From Synechocystis sp. PCC 6803 substr. PCC-P (lineage in GTDB: Bacteria > Cyanobacteriota > Cyanobacteriia > Cyanobacteriales > Microcystaceae), in assembly GCF_000284455.1 (NCBI RefSeq), contig NC_017039.1, forward strand, positions 1,080,001 to 1,112,000: a stretch of 32,000 bases of DNA. Direction: 5' to 3'. Under the pieces are notes generated by a model. The model did not search any database and had not been told where the DNA came from. It saw nothing but the letters and a program-made list of their open reading frames with translations. Made by a program: the position numbers and the translations under genes. Below are positions 9,655-20,664 of this stretch, one piece after another; positions within the stretch are counted from its first letter, which is position 1, and each line of letters opens with the position of its first letter.

Positions 9655-10578
9655 ATGGCTGAGGTTGTCTGTTTTGGAGAAATGCTCTTCGACTGTTTGG
9701 CAGACCAGTTGGGAGTCCCCTTGGAACAAGTTAAATCCTGGACTAACTACGCCGGTGGTGCCCCTGCCAATGTGGCCTGTGCCCTAGTCAAACAAGGTGT
9801 TAGCGCCGCTTTTGTTGGTCGTTTGGGGGCAGACCAGGCCGGACAAGAACTTAAAAATGTTCTACAGCAATGTCAAGTTAATACCGATGGGCTCCAAATC
9901 GATCCCCACCGGCCCACCCGTTTGGTTTATGTGACCCGGACAGGGGACGGCGATCGCCATTTTGCTGGGTTTGGGGAATATCACACCGGGGATTTTGCCG
10001 ACACAGCGATGCAGGGAGAAACCATTCCCGAATCCCTATTCACCTCAGCTCAATATTTGGTGATGGGCACCATTGCCCTGGCCTATGCCCCCAGTCGCAC
10101 TGCCACGGAGCGGTTAGTGGCATTGGCGAAAAAGCACCAGGTAAAAATATTTTTAGATGTCAACTGGCGATCGGTTTTTTGGGACGATGAAGCACAGGCA
10201 AAGGAAAGAATTCCCGCCCTGATTACCCATGCCCAAATTTTAAAATGTACCGACGAGGAAGCAGTGTGGCTGTTTGGTCACCAAGATCCGGTCACCATCC
10301 ACCAGAAACTACCCCACCTCCAGGGAGTATTGGTCACCGCCGGGGACAAGGGTTGTTCCTACTCCTTAGGCAAAAACCATGGGGAAGTCCCTGCTTTTAA
10401 AGTTAATGTGCGGGATACTACCGGGGCTGGGGACAGTTTTGTGGCCGGATTTTTGGCCCAGGCCCTGACCCACGGAGAGAATTTATTCATAGACCCTCAT
10501 CTCAGTTGCCAGGCAGTGACCTATGCCAGTGCCATAGGAGCCTTGACCACTCTCCACCCAGGGGCGATCGCCAGATAG
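9655..10578 (+). CDS. PfkB-family carbohydrate kinase (fructokinase-like)
   Basis: N-terminal GGAPANVA motif and C-terminal DTTGAGDSFVAGF motif typical of the ribokinase/PfkB family. Ends abruptly at GAIAR* inside or just after a HIP1 site. Confidence 0.8.
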   Translation: MAEVVCFGEMLFDCLADQLGVPLEQVKSWTNYAGGAPANVACALVKQGVSAAFVGRLGADQAGQELKNVLQQCQVNTDGLQIDPHRPTRLVYVTRTGDGDRHFAGFGEYHTGDFADTAMQGETIPESLFTSAQYLVMGTIALAYAPSRTATERLVALAKKHQVKIFLDVNWRSVFWDDEAQAKERIPALITHAQILKCTDEEAVWLFGHQDPVTIHQKLPHLQGVLVTAGDKGCSYSLGKNHGEVPAFKVNVRDTTGAGDSFVAGFLAQALTHGENLFIDPHLSCQAVTYASAIGALTTLHPGAIAR

Positions 10579-10934
10579 GAAAAAAGAGCAGAAGAAATGG
10601 CTCCGACTACCAACCCGGACAAGCGTTGGATGAGTTAGAAGTCTTGGCCCACAGCAATTCAGAAAATACTATCGTTGCGGCCAGCTAAAAAACACGCATT
10701 TTAGCCATCTCAGTCCATACTTTTGATGATTTTCTCGACCATAACCCTGATTTTGCCCGACGGGTTTTGGAATTAGAACGTCGGCAGTTACAGCGGTTTG
10801 TGCGATCAATACAGCCCCTTTAGGCTAATCGATTGAACACTCCACCCCCATAACGCATCGGTCAACATCGGAAAAAGTATAGAATATGGTCAAAAATACG
10901 ATTGTTAACGGTAAAATTCTAACCCTTTTCCGTA

Positions 10935-11534
10935 GTGACAATGAATCCTCTCCCATTACAGAAGGAAGCAGAGAAACGCTCGCCAAGGCTTAATTCCCCA
11001 TTTAAGTCACTAATGCGAATCCATTGGTGGATGGCCCTTGCCTATCTAATAGTTTTTTGCACTGGAACTTTAATGGTTAACTTAGAAAGGGGACAATTTT
11101 TACGCAGTGAACTATACGACTTCCACAAATCCATCGGTATATTAACCATGGCATTATTAACCTGGCGAATTTTCACCCTCTTACAGGTTTGGTGGCGTAA
11201 ATATACTAAACGTCCCCCAAAGTTATCTCTGGCTTGGTGGCGCACCTTTACTCTCCACCTGAGCCTATATGTATTTATGGGAGTGATCCCAATTTCTGGC
11301 TTTTTACTCTCAAATTCCTTTAAAGCTAATAATGTCAGATTTTTCTCCATCACATTGCCCGATATTTTTCCCCAAAACGAAGCCATGGTAGAAATTGGCC
11401 GTAATGCCCATTTTTGGTTAGCTTATACTTTTCTAATTTTTATCTTTATACATATGCTAACTTACTGGAAAGTAATCAGGGCTAATTGGCGACGGTGGGT
11501 CAACTTTATCGGTAAATTTCAACAGCAGACCTAA
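10935..11534 (+). CDS. Cytochrome b561-family membrane protein
   Basis: Four TM helices with conserved His positions (FHKSIG, NAHFW, FIHM), typical of prokaryotic cytochrome b561/CybB. GTG at 10935, alternative ATG at 10941. Confidence 0.65.
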   Translation: MTMNPLPLQKEAEKRSPRLNSPFKSLMRIHWWMALAYLIVFCTGTLMVNLERGQFLRSELYDFHKSIGILTMALLTWRIFTLLQVWWRKYTKRPPKLSLAWWRTFTLHLSLYVFMGVIPISGFLLSNSFKANNVRFFSITLPDIFPQNEAMVEIGRNAHFWLAYTFLIFIFIHMLTYWKVIRANWRRWVNFIGKFQQQT

Positions 11535-11571
11535 TTTTTTTGTCTTAAGTCAATCAACCAGAACTGGCATT

Positions 11572-11886
11572 ATGTTCAACTTTTTTGTCAGACTGTCCGC
11601 CATTGGTGGTATGGGAGTGGGAGCTGCGGTGGCCATAGTCAGTGGTGCTTGTAGTGTTCTGGATATGGTCCGCTTAACAGAGGCTAACGCCCTGGTTCAA
11701 CAGGAAGTTCGTCGATCTTCCCCCGCTAGGGCAGATTACCTTTACAGCCGGGAAATGACCCACCGCATTAATGTCTTTGCCGAAGGGGTATGGGCCCTGG
11801 GGGGCTGTATTTTGTACATCAACTCCTTGGCCCTACTGCGACAAACCGCAACAAATAACAAAGGCGATCATTCCCTTCATTCGTAG
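11572..11886 (+). CDS. Hypothetical small membrane protein
   Basis: ATG ORF of 104 aa with N-terminal and C-terminal hydrophobic segments, 37 nt after the cytochrome b561 gene. No motif recognised and no clear RBS. Confidence 0.4.
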   Translation: MFNFFVRLSAIGGMGVGAAVAIVSGACSVLDMVRLTEANALVQQEVRRSSPARADYLYSREMTHRINVFAEGVWALGGCILYINSLALLRQTATNNKGDHSLHS

Positions 11887-11952
11887 GAGAAGCTAACAGG
11901 TTGAAAATTGTTTCATTAATTCTCTACCTAACCTTTTTGCTCTTTCAATCAT

Positions 11953-13155
11953 TCATCGATCAAGACGATTTTCGATTCCTTCACAGCCGCCGGGGATAGT
12001 TTTTCTGGTTAACGTTCCTCCCCAGGCACAGCAATAGCACCTCTGCTCCTCACTCATGTTCTTAGTCTTACTAAAATTGGCATTTTCCACCACTGCGCCC
12101 GTATATTCGCCGGTTTCGTAGTTGGGAATATGGTTGCGGCTGCGGGGACTAGCCTGGTCCCAGGTGCCGTAGAATAGCCTAGTTCCCTTGAGGTCAGCCC
12201 CATCAAGATTAGCCTCGTATAGCACTGTCCTGGATAGATTAGCTTTGACCAAATCCGCTTGGCTGAGGTTTGCCCGGATGAGGTAAATCTCGCTCAGATC
12301 CACCCAGCGCAGATCCTGGCCGACTAAATCCGCCGCCACTAGCATCACCCCCAGATTGATTACCCTCAGGCCGTGAATGCGGTCCTCTTGGTAGCCCCCC
12401 ATGCCGTCAAAAATAGGGCGACCGAGGTAATAGTCCCGCTTTAGGGGAGTGAGTAAGCGGGATTGGGAAAGAAAGCGGAGAATTTTTGCTTTACCACCGG
12501 AATCGACGCTGGCGAGGATTGCTGCTGTTCTACCTTCGGCAAAGGCCCGTTCCTGGGGCCAATCCTCCAACATGCCTTCATCACTTAAAGCTAGGTCTGA
12601 GATGCCCTGGAAATAGGCGTCAACGGTTTGTTGCTGGGTAATACGATTTTGCTGAATGGTCAAATCCTTGGAAATGACATATTGTTGCCAAGCCACGTAC
12701 ACAGCTAGAACAGCAATCATAATTTGCCCTAGGGCTCCCACCCATTCCGCCCAGGAACCAAATTCGTCGTATTTAAACTGATTGAGCCAATATTTGAGGG
12801 AACTGTAGACACCTAGATAGTGGGCTAGGGCACCGATCGCCAGGACAAAACCTAAACCCCCGAGCAGGGAACGGCGCTCCTGAACAGTGAGGTAATGCTG
12901 TACCCAGGATTTGATGGTGGGGAGAATGACCTGGAGGGAAAACATCAGGGCCAACACCGCCGAAGTAAATCCCAACCAAGAGGACTGGAAAATTAGCCCC
13001 AGCCCGATGCCCACCACCGTAACCACTAGTAACCAGGGCATGGCCGGTTCAACGGACTCTTGAAATACCCATTGGGGCAAGGAACGACGGGGTGCAATGG
13101 TTTCCTCCGATCCTAGGACTGGAGGTAAATTGGACAACTCATTGGGCATGGCCAA
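11953..13155 (-). CDS. Membrane-anchored pentapeptide-repeat protein
   Basis: About 4 N-terminal TM helices. The C-terminal half has tandem A(D/N)LXX repeats (ADLVGQDLRWVDLSEIYLIRANLSQADLVKANLSRTVLYEANLDGADLKGTRL). Confidence 0.8.
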   Translation of the reverse strand: MAMPNELSNLPPVLGSEETIAPRRSLPQWVFQESVEPAMPWLLVVTVVGIGLGLIFQSSWLGFTSAVLALMFSLQVILPTIKSWVQHYLTVQERRSLLGGLGFVLAIGALAHYLGVYSSLKYWLNQFKYDEFGSWAEWVGALGQIMIAVLAVYVAWQQYVISKDLTIQQNRITQQQTVDAYFQGISDLALSDEGMLEDWPQERAFAEGRTAAILASVDSGGKAKILRFLSQSRLLTPLKRDYYLGRPIFDGMGGYQEDRIHGLRVINLGVMLVAADLVGQDLRWVDLSEIYLIRANLSQADLVKANLSRTVLYEANLDGADLKGTRLFYGTWDQASPRSRNHIPNYETGEYTGAVVENANFSKTKNMSEEQRCYCCAWGGTLTRKTIPGGCEGIENRLDR

Positions 13156-13179
13156 AACTATTCAGGACAAGGGCAATTC

Positions 13180-13845
13180 CTAGGATTTTAATGGATACCA
13201 GCGATGGTTATCCAAGGAGGCGATCGCCGTAAGCAGTTCTTTGGGCTGATGTACCAAAAAATCCGGCTCATATTCCTGCAAAATGGCCGGTGGACTAAAT
13301 CCCCAAGCCACGGAAACCATCGTTAACCGACTTTTTTTAGCGGCGCTGATATCTCTGGTTTCATCTCCCACATAAATTACCTCATCAGTTCCAAACTTAT
13401 GCTCCTTCAACACCCGATTGATAATGCGGTTTTTGCCAAATAGGGTGGTGCCAGCTTTGACAAAAGCAAAAATATCTTCTAGACCATTGTTGTGTAAAAA
13501 TGATAGTACGTTATCTTTGGAGTTGGAAGTGACAATGCCCAAAACGTAGCCCTTTTGGTTGAGCAGAGTTAATACTTCTTTAATGTCGCCATAGGGTTTG
13601 AGGTCTTTGATTTCTTTGCCCAATTCTTTTTTGAAGCGCTTGAGAATAAAAGGAATTTTAAACGGAGAAATTTGGGAATATTTGATAATTTCGGCGGAGC
13701 TTAGTTTTTTTAGGCGGGCCAACTCTGTTTTATCCACCGCTGGGTAGCCAAACTCGTCTGCCAAGCGATTGACGATGGCAAAAAAAGCATCGTGGGTATC
13801 GGCAATGGTGCCGTCAAAATCGAACAATACAGCTTTAATGGCCAT
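13180..13845 (-). CDS. HAD-superfamily hydrolase (phosphoglycolate-phosphatase-like)
   Basis: HAD motif I DFDGTIADT, motif II VTSNS, motif IV GDETRD. Confidence 0.8.
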   Translation of the reverse strand: MAIKAVLFDFDGTIADTHDAFFAIVNRLADEFGYPAVDKTELARLKKLSSAEIIKYSQISPFKIPFILKRFKKELGKEIKDLKPYGDIKEVLTLLNQKGYVLGIVTSNSKDNVLSFLHNNGLEDIFAFVKAGTTLFGKNRIINRVLKEHKFGTDEVIYVGDETRDISAAKKSRLTMVSVAWGFSPPAILQEYEPDFLVHQPKELLTAIASLDNHRWYPLKS

Positions 13846-13880
13846 GGTGAGGAGGATGGGCCAAATAGTTGGTCAGTCCT

Positions 13881-14813
13881 TCATTGTAGATTAGCCTGGG
13901 CGTTCCGCCGTAACATAGCTGGTTTTATTCGCCTCAAGGCCGAAGCGGTGAACTGTTGCTGCCAATCAGCTTCGGTGATATTGGCTAAAGTTTCTAACTC
14001 TGGGTTGAGATTGCCCTCGTAGGGATCAAAATCCGCCACATCGGTGGGTTGGGCAAAACGCTGATTCCAGGGGCACACATCTTGGCAAATGTCGCACCCT
14101 GCCACCCAACCTTGCAAATTGTCGGCGATCGCCGTTGGTAGGATTTCTGCCCGATTTTCAATGGTGTGGTAAGCAATGCATTTATTGCTGTCCACCACGA
14201 AGGGTTCCACAATGGCCTGGGTGGGACAGGCTTCTAGGCAACGGGTGCAGGTGCCACAATGTTGGCTATGGGGGCGATCGCCTTGGAGAGTGATATTAGT
14301 GACAATTTCCCCTAAAAATAACCAACTGCCGTAATCCCGACTGATCAAATTACCGTTTTTTCCTACCCAACCAAGACCGGCCCGTTCCGCCCAAGCTTTT
14401 TCCTGGATGGGGCCCGTATCTACGTAATAACGGCTCTGTAAATCTGGCACCTGTTGTTCGAGCCAGAGATTAAGGGCTTTTAGCTTTTTAGTTAACACCC
14501 GATGGTAATCCCTTCCCCAGGCATAGCGGGAAATTTTGCCATGGGCGGGGTCTCCACTGCGCTGGTGGGGAGTGTAATAATTCAAACCCACCGCAATTAC
14601 TGACCGGGCTGAGGGTAAAAGCTCCCGAATATTTTGCCGTTTGGGATTAGCCATCCAAGCCATATCGGCGTTATAGCCCAGGGCAATCCAACTCTGTAAT
14701 CTTTGGGCAGCTTCATCATTCTCCGTTTCCGACACTGGCGCAATGCCCACCCGATGGAAACTGATCGCCAACGCTTGGGCTTTAATACGTTCTTCTAGGG
14801 ATGCTTGGGACAA
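13881..14813 (-). CDS. queG: tRNA epoxyqueuosine(34) reductase QueG
   Basis: Two ferredoxin-type clusters ([12 protein letters not shown] and [11 protein letters not shown]) in the QueG arrangement. TTG start; an upstream in-frame stop excludes a longer ORF. Confidence 0.8.
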   Translation of the reverse strand: MSQASLEERIKAQALAISFHRVGIAPVSETENDEAAQRLQSWIALGYNADMAWMANPKRQNIRELLPSARSVIAVGLNYYTPHQRSGDPAHGKISRYAWGRDYHRVLTKKLKALNLWLEQQVPDLQSRYYVDTGPIQEKAWAERAGLGWVGKNGNLISRDYGSWLFLGEIVTNITLQGDRPHSQHCGTCTRCLEACPTQAIVEPFVVDSNKCIAYHTIENRAEILPTAIADNLQGWVAGCDICQDVCPWNQRFAQPTDVADFDPYEGNLNPELETLANITEADWQQQFTASALRRIKPAMLRRNAQANLQ

Positions 14814-14903
14814 GGGCGCAGGAAAAATAAAATTTGAGAGCTACAATTTCCCAGGGTTAACCGGTGACTGACTTAAGCTAACCTTTGACCACCTACTTTT
14901 TAC

Positions 14904-15398
14904 TTAACCTTCCGTCAAAGGAGCCATGGCCCGCATCAAACTAGCCATTTCCAATGCATTCATGGCGTAGCCCCAGCCGTGGTTACTCTTAATCCCCGCC
15001 CTTTCTAGGGCCTGTTGCATGGTATCCGTGGTTAAAATGCCAAAAATTACCGGTACCCCAGTCTGGCTGGCGATCGCCGCAATGCCCTTGGCCGCTTCTC
15101 CGGCCACAAAATCAAAATGGGGGGTTTGTCCCCGAATCACCGCCCCTAGGCAGATAATGGCATCATACTGCCCCGACACTGCCAACTTACGGGTTACCAA
15201 TGGCACCTCAAAGCTACCGGGAACCCAAATATAGTCCACCTGGGTACCGGCGGGGTCCACATCAATGCCATGACGTTTGAGGCAATCTTGGCAACCAGAA
15301 AGTAGCTTTTCCGTTACTAAATCATTGAAACGGGCAATTACAAGGGCAAAACGAAATGGCCGGGCCGGAGGAGTAAACGACCCTTCATAAACTGTCAT
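14904..15398 (-). CDS. ribH: 6,7-dimethyl-8-ribityllumazine synthase
   Basis: 164 aa, characteristic lumazine synthase sequence ([37 protein letters not shown]). Confidence 0.9.
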   Translation of the reverse strand: MTVYEGSFTPPARPFRFALVIARFNDLVTEKLLSGCQDCLKRHGIDVDPAGTQVDYIWVPGSFEVPLVTRKLAVSGQYDAIICLGAVIRGQTPHFDFVAGEAAKGIAAIASQTGVPVIFGILTTDTMQQALERAGIKSNHGWGYAMNALEMASLMRAMAPLTEG

Positions 15399-15502
15399 GG
15401 TGTAGTTCCCTAGATCGGGTTAGCGGTAGATCAGAGTTTTTCGGGGCTATCCCCCACAGCCCAGGCCATGGGGAAATTACCGGGATAGGGCGATCGCCTC
15501 CC

Positions 15503-16938
<1,436 letters not shown>

Positions 16939-17235
16939 TGTTCAAATTCTATTGTTTTCTGAGCGGGAGGGCATTGTGGCAGCAACTATTAACCAGGGCC
17001 CCCGGGCAACATCAAAGGGCGGGTTTGAGCAACTCACCCAATCTCTAAATTTTGGGAAAAGTTAGAGAAAACTCTCCCTTTGTCTTGAAATTTAGGAGAC
17101 AAACTAAGAATTTTGCAAACAAAGCCCAAGCGCCATTTCACCCGGCGATCGCCTGAGGCTAAAGTCGGCCCGAAGACGGCGCTCAAAATTGTCCATCCCG
17201 GTGGTGGTCTTGCCCCCTTTGTCCAACGCGTACTG

Positions 17236-17241
17236 TATAAT
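17236..17241 (+). promoter_or_regulatory. Candidate -10 element (TATAAT) of the rpsA promoter
   Basis: Perfect TATAAT preceded by TG, about 90 nt upstream of the rpsA ATG. No convincing -35, which is common in cyanobacteria. Confidence 0.35.
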
Positions 17242-17331
17242 TGAGAGTCTGTATCCTGGCTTGTACGGTAAGTAACAGGAGGCACGCATATTCACTAAAC
17301 GGAGACTAAGGGATTAGGACTTAAAACTTAC

Positions 17332-18318
17332 ATGGTCAGTCAAACTTCTACAGCAACTATTGGATTCACTCTCGAGGACTTTGCCGCCCTTCTTGACAAG
17401 TACGATTATCACTTTAGTCCTGGGGACATTGTCGCTGGGACCGTTTTTAGCATGGAGTCCCGGGGGGCTCTGATTGACATTGGGGCGAAAACCGCCGCCT
17501 ACATTCCCATTCAGGAAATGTCGATCAACCGTGTGGATGACCCTGAAGAGGTGCTCCAGCCCAATGAAACCCGGGAATTTTTCATTCTGACCGATGAAAA
17601 CGAAGATGGTCAGCTCACCCTCTCCATCCGCCGGATTGAATATATGCGGGCTTGGGAACGGGTCAGACAACTCCAGGCAGAAGATGCCACGGTGCGCTCC
17701 AATGTTTTTGCCACAAACCGTGGTGGTGCCTTAGTCAGAATTGAAGGACTGCGGGGCTTTATTCCCGGCTCCCACATCAGCGCTCGGGAAGCGAAAGAGG
17801 ATCTAGTAGGGGAAGATCTGCCCCTGAAGTTTTTGGAAGTGGACGAAGAGCGTAATCGCCTCGTGCTCAGCCACCGTCGGGCTCTGGTAGAGCGGAAGAT
17901 GAACGGTTTAGAAGTGGCCCAGGTAGTGGTGGGTTCCGTCCGGGGCATCAAACCCTACGGTGCTTTCATCGATATCGGCGGTGTCAGCGGTCTGTTGCAC
18001 ATTTCTGAGATTTCCCACGACCACATTGATACTCCCCACAGCGTCTTCAATGTCAATGATGAAATCAAGGTGATGATTATTGACCTGGATGCGGAACGGG
18101 GTCGTATTTCCCTTTCCACCAAGCAATTGGAGCCAGAACCCGGTGCCATGCTAAAAGACCGGGATTTAGTCAACGAAATGGCGGACGAAATGGCGGAAAT
18201 TTTCCGGCAAAAACGTTTAGCGGAAGCCCAGGGCATTCCCTATGAGCCCCCCACTTCCGTTGATGACACCGATGATGAGGAAGATGAGTCCCTGGCTGTC
18301 AGCGCTGTGGATGAATAA
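17332..18318 (+). CDS. rpsA: 30S ribosomal protein S1 (short cyanobacterial form, three S1 domains)
   Basis: Repeated S1 OB-fold signatures (GDIVAGTV..., GFIPGSHIS, GSVRGIKPYGAFIDIGGVSGLLHISEIS) and an acidic C-terminal tail. Confidence 0.9.
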   Translation: MVSQTSTATIGFTLEDFAALLDKYDYHFSPGDIVAGTVFSMESRGALIDIGAKTAAYIPIQEMSINRVDDPEEVLQPNETREFFILTDENEDGQLTLSIRRIEYMRAWERVRQLQAEDATVRSNVFATNRGGALVRIEGLRGFIPGSHISAREAKEDLVGEDLPLKFLEVDEERNRLVLSHRRALVERKMNGLEVAQVVVGSVRGIKPYGAFIDIGGVSGLLHISEISHDHIDTPHSVFNVNDEIKVMIIDLDAERGRISLSTKQLEPEPGAMLKDRDLVNEMADEMAEIFRQKRLAEAQGIPYEPPTSVDDTDDEEDESLAVSAVDE

Positions 18319-18408
18319 TAAACAATTGGCTGCCTAATGCTTGCACAGTTAGGCTGGGCCTGAATCTATAGATCCAATCAGATCAATCCCAATAGTGATC
18401 GCCAAATT

Positions 18409-18438
18409 CCCTGGGTTTTAAGCTGCTCAGGGTTTTTT
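18409..18438 (+). terminator. Intrinsic terminator after rpsA
   Basis: CCCTGGG...CTCAGGG stem (7-8 bp including wobble pairs) followed by TTTTTT at 18433-18438. Confidence 0.55.
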
Positions 18439-18505
18439 CTTGCCATTTTGAAAACCATCAGCAATTACCACTGAAGAATCTACAGAGGTTGAGGCTTTGT
18501 TTTTA

Positions 18506-19452
18506 TAGTCATTTCAATTAACGATGAGAGAATTTAATGTAAAATTATGGAGTGTACAAAATGAACAGGTTTAAACAATGGCTTACAGTTTAGATTTGAG
18601 GCAAAGAGTAGTAGCTTATATAGAAGCTGGAGGAAAAATAACTGAGGCTTCCAAGATATATAAAATAGGAAAAGCCTCGATATACAGATGGTTAAATAGA
18701 GTAGATTTAAGCCCAACAAAAGTAGAGCGTCGCCATAGGAAATTAGACTGGGAAGCTCTAAAAAAAGACGTAGAAGAAAATCCCGATGCAAGATTGATAG
18801 ACAGAGCCAAGAAATTTGGAGTGAGGCCGAGTGCCGTATATTACGCATTAAAGAAAATGAAAATAAACAGAAAAAAAAAAGAACTACGTTATCGAGAAAG
18901 AAACCGGGAGGAACGAGTTAAGTACTATAGAATGTTAAGAGAACTAATTAAGCTCTATGGTAGTCAAGCTATAGTTTACATAGATGAATCTGGATTCGAA
19001 GCAATCCAGGCTTGTATTTATGCCTGGTCAAAAAAAGGAAAAAAAGTTTATGGAGATAGACAAGGAAAAAGGGGAGTCAGAGAAAATCTAGTAGCAGGGA
19101 GAAGAAAAGGAAAAAAAGATTTGATTGCGCCGATGGTTTTTACCGGGAGTTTGAATGCAGAAGGCTTTGAAGGATGGTTAAATTTATATTTGCTATCCTC
19201 CCTCGACATTCCATCAATATTAATAATGGATAATGCTCCTATTCATCGTAAAACTGCCATTAAAGAATTGGCTAAAGAAGCAGGTCATGAAGTTCTTTTT
19301 TTGCCGAAATATTCTCCTGATTTAAATGATATTGAGCATGACTTTAGTGCCTTGAAACGAGCTAGAATGTACGCTCCTATTGACACGTCTCTTGATGAAA
19401 TTATCCGTTCTTACTGTGGCGTTTAGCGTCTCAGCTTTATTTGAAACTACTA
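18506..19452 (+). mobile_element. ISY100-type insertion sequence (IS630/Tc1-mariner superfamily), apparently intact
   Basis: 947 bp between TA dinucleotides. Imperfect terminal inverted repeats TAGTCATTTCAATTAACGATGAGA (left) and TAGTAGTTTCAAATAAAGCTGAGA (right, reverse complement), with 19 of 24 positions matching by eye. Single transposase ORF. AT-rich and free of HIP1. Confidence 0.85.
18578..19426 (+). CDS. IS630-family (ISY100) DDE transposase
   Basis: 282 aa. N-terminal HTH region, then DDE-type residues in DESG, MDNAPIH and DLNDIEHDF contexts. Confidence 0.9.
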   Translation: MAYSLDLRQRVVAYIEAGGKITEASKIYKIGKASIYRWLNRVDLSPTKVERRHRKLDWEALKKDVEENPDARLIDRAKKFGVRPSAVYYALKKMKINRKKKELRYRERNREERVKYYRMLRELIKLYGSQAIVYIDESGFEAIQACIYAWSKKGKKVYGDRQGKRGVRENLVAGRRKGKKDLIAPMVFTGSLNAEGFEGWLNLYLLSSLDIPSILIMDNAPIHRKTAIKELAKEAGHEVLFLPKYSPDLNDIEHDFSALKRARMYAPIDTSLDEIIRSYCGV

Positions 19453-19468
19453 CATTATCGGAACAACA

Positions 19469-20623
19469 TTAATCAATTTCGGACGGCCACCGTTCCTCTA
19501 GTTGACCAGCATTAACTTTGAGAATCTGGGCCGATCGCCGCCAGCGGTCATCAAAACGACTTAAATGGGTGGTGGTGATCAGGGTTTGAAAACGATCCTC
19601 AATGGCCATTAACAATTGTCCCTGGCGATCGAGGTCTAATTCCGCCAAGACATCGTCCAATAACAACAGTGGTGGTTCTCCAATAACCGTTTCAATCAAG
19701 CTCAATTCCGCCAATTTTAATGCTAGGACTAGAGTTCTTTGCTGTCCCTGGGAGCCATAGGTTCTAGCGGGAGTGTCGTCGAGGACAAACCCCACTTCGT
19801 CCCGATGGGGCCCCACCACCGTTGTCCCCAGATGTAATTCTGCCGATCGCCGTTGGGCTAATTTTTCTAAAAAAGCCTGGTGCACCACTTCCGGATCATC
19901 CCCCACCCAGGTGACATTGGGTTGATAGGTAACGGTCAGGGTTTCATTGCCACCGCTAATGCGCCCATGCCATTCCTGGGCCAAAGGAGCAAGACGGGCT
20001 AAACCCCTCGCCCGACGGCGGACTACCCTAGTGCCCATTTCCACCAACTGCTGGTCCCAGAGAGACAAAGAAGCTGTCGACTCTTCCCCCAAAGCTAGTC
20101 CCGTTTCCCATTGTTGTCGTAGGCTTTTTAGTAGAGCATTTCTTTGCTTAACAATGTGCTGGTACTGCCCCAACAGATGGGCATAGAGGGGTTCTAGCTG
20201 GGTTAACAAAGTATCTAGCCATTGACGGCGACAATCGGGCGCTCCCCGGACTAAATCCAAATCTAAACAGGAAAATTCCACCGCATTTAAACAGCCTAAA
20301 AAATCCAACTGACGACGACATTGATTTTGGTTAATGCGTAGGTTGCGCCGCCCCGATCGCCGTAGGTCAATTTCTAACTCCGCCACACTGTATTGCCTTT
20401 CCAGTAGGGCTTTAATTTGCCCATTGGCCGCCCCGTCTAGCACCAATTCCTGATCCCGACTAGTGCGATGGCTTTTGAGCGTTGCCAACAGTTCCACCGC
20501 TTCCAATAAGTTAGATTTCCCCTGGGCATTATTGCCCACCAAAATGGTTTTTTGAGCAGAAAATTCCACCTCTTCTTCGAGGTAATTGCGAAAGGCCCGT
20601 AAATAGAGTTTTTTCAGGTACAT
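19469..20623 (-). CDS. recF: DNA replication and repair protein RecF
   Basis: Walker A GNNAQGKSNLLEA, SMC-like signature GSQGQQRT, Walker B LLLLDDVLAELD. ATG at 20623 (MYLKKLYLRAFRNY) is preferred over the TTG at 20653 used in the ORF track. Confidence 0.85.
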   Translation of the reverse strand: MYLKKLYLRAFRNYLEEEVEFSAQKTILVGNNAQGKSNLLEAVELLATLKSHRTSRDQELVLDGAANGQIKALLERQYSVAELEIDLRRSGRRNLRINQNQCRRQLDFLGCLNAVEFSCLDLDLVRGAPDCRRQWLDTLLTQLEPLYAHLLGQYQHIVKQRNALLKSLRQQWETGLALGEESTASLSLWDQQLVEMGTRVVRRRARGLARLAPLAQEWHGRISGGNETLTVTYQPNVTWVGDDPEVVHQAFLEKLAQRRSAELHLGTTVVGPHRDEVGFVLDDTPARTYGSQGQQRTLVLALKLAELSLIETVIGEPPLLLLDDVLAELDLDRQGQLLMAIEDRFQTLITTTHLSRFDDRWRRSAQILKVNAGQLEERWPSEID

Positions 20624-20664
20624 TTTCCAACTAAACGGGGCAAAAATTGGCAATATTTTCTAGC

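Noticed and set aside
17314-18236. Minus-strand ORFs antisense to rpsA (17314..17670, 17610..17951, 17908..18126, 17955..18236)
   Set aside because: They are mirror frames of a highly expressed, well-conserved gene. There is no support for them.
18534-18848. 104-aa minus-strand ORF inside ISY100
   Set aside because: It is antisense to the transposase N-terminus in an AT-rich element, and its Leu/Ile/Phe-rich product is typical of chance ORFs in AT-rich DNA.
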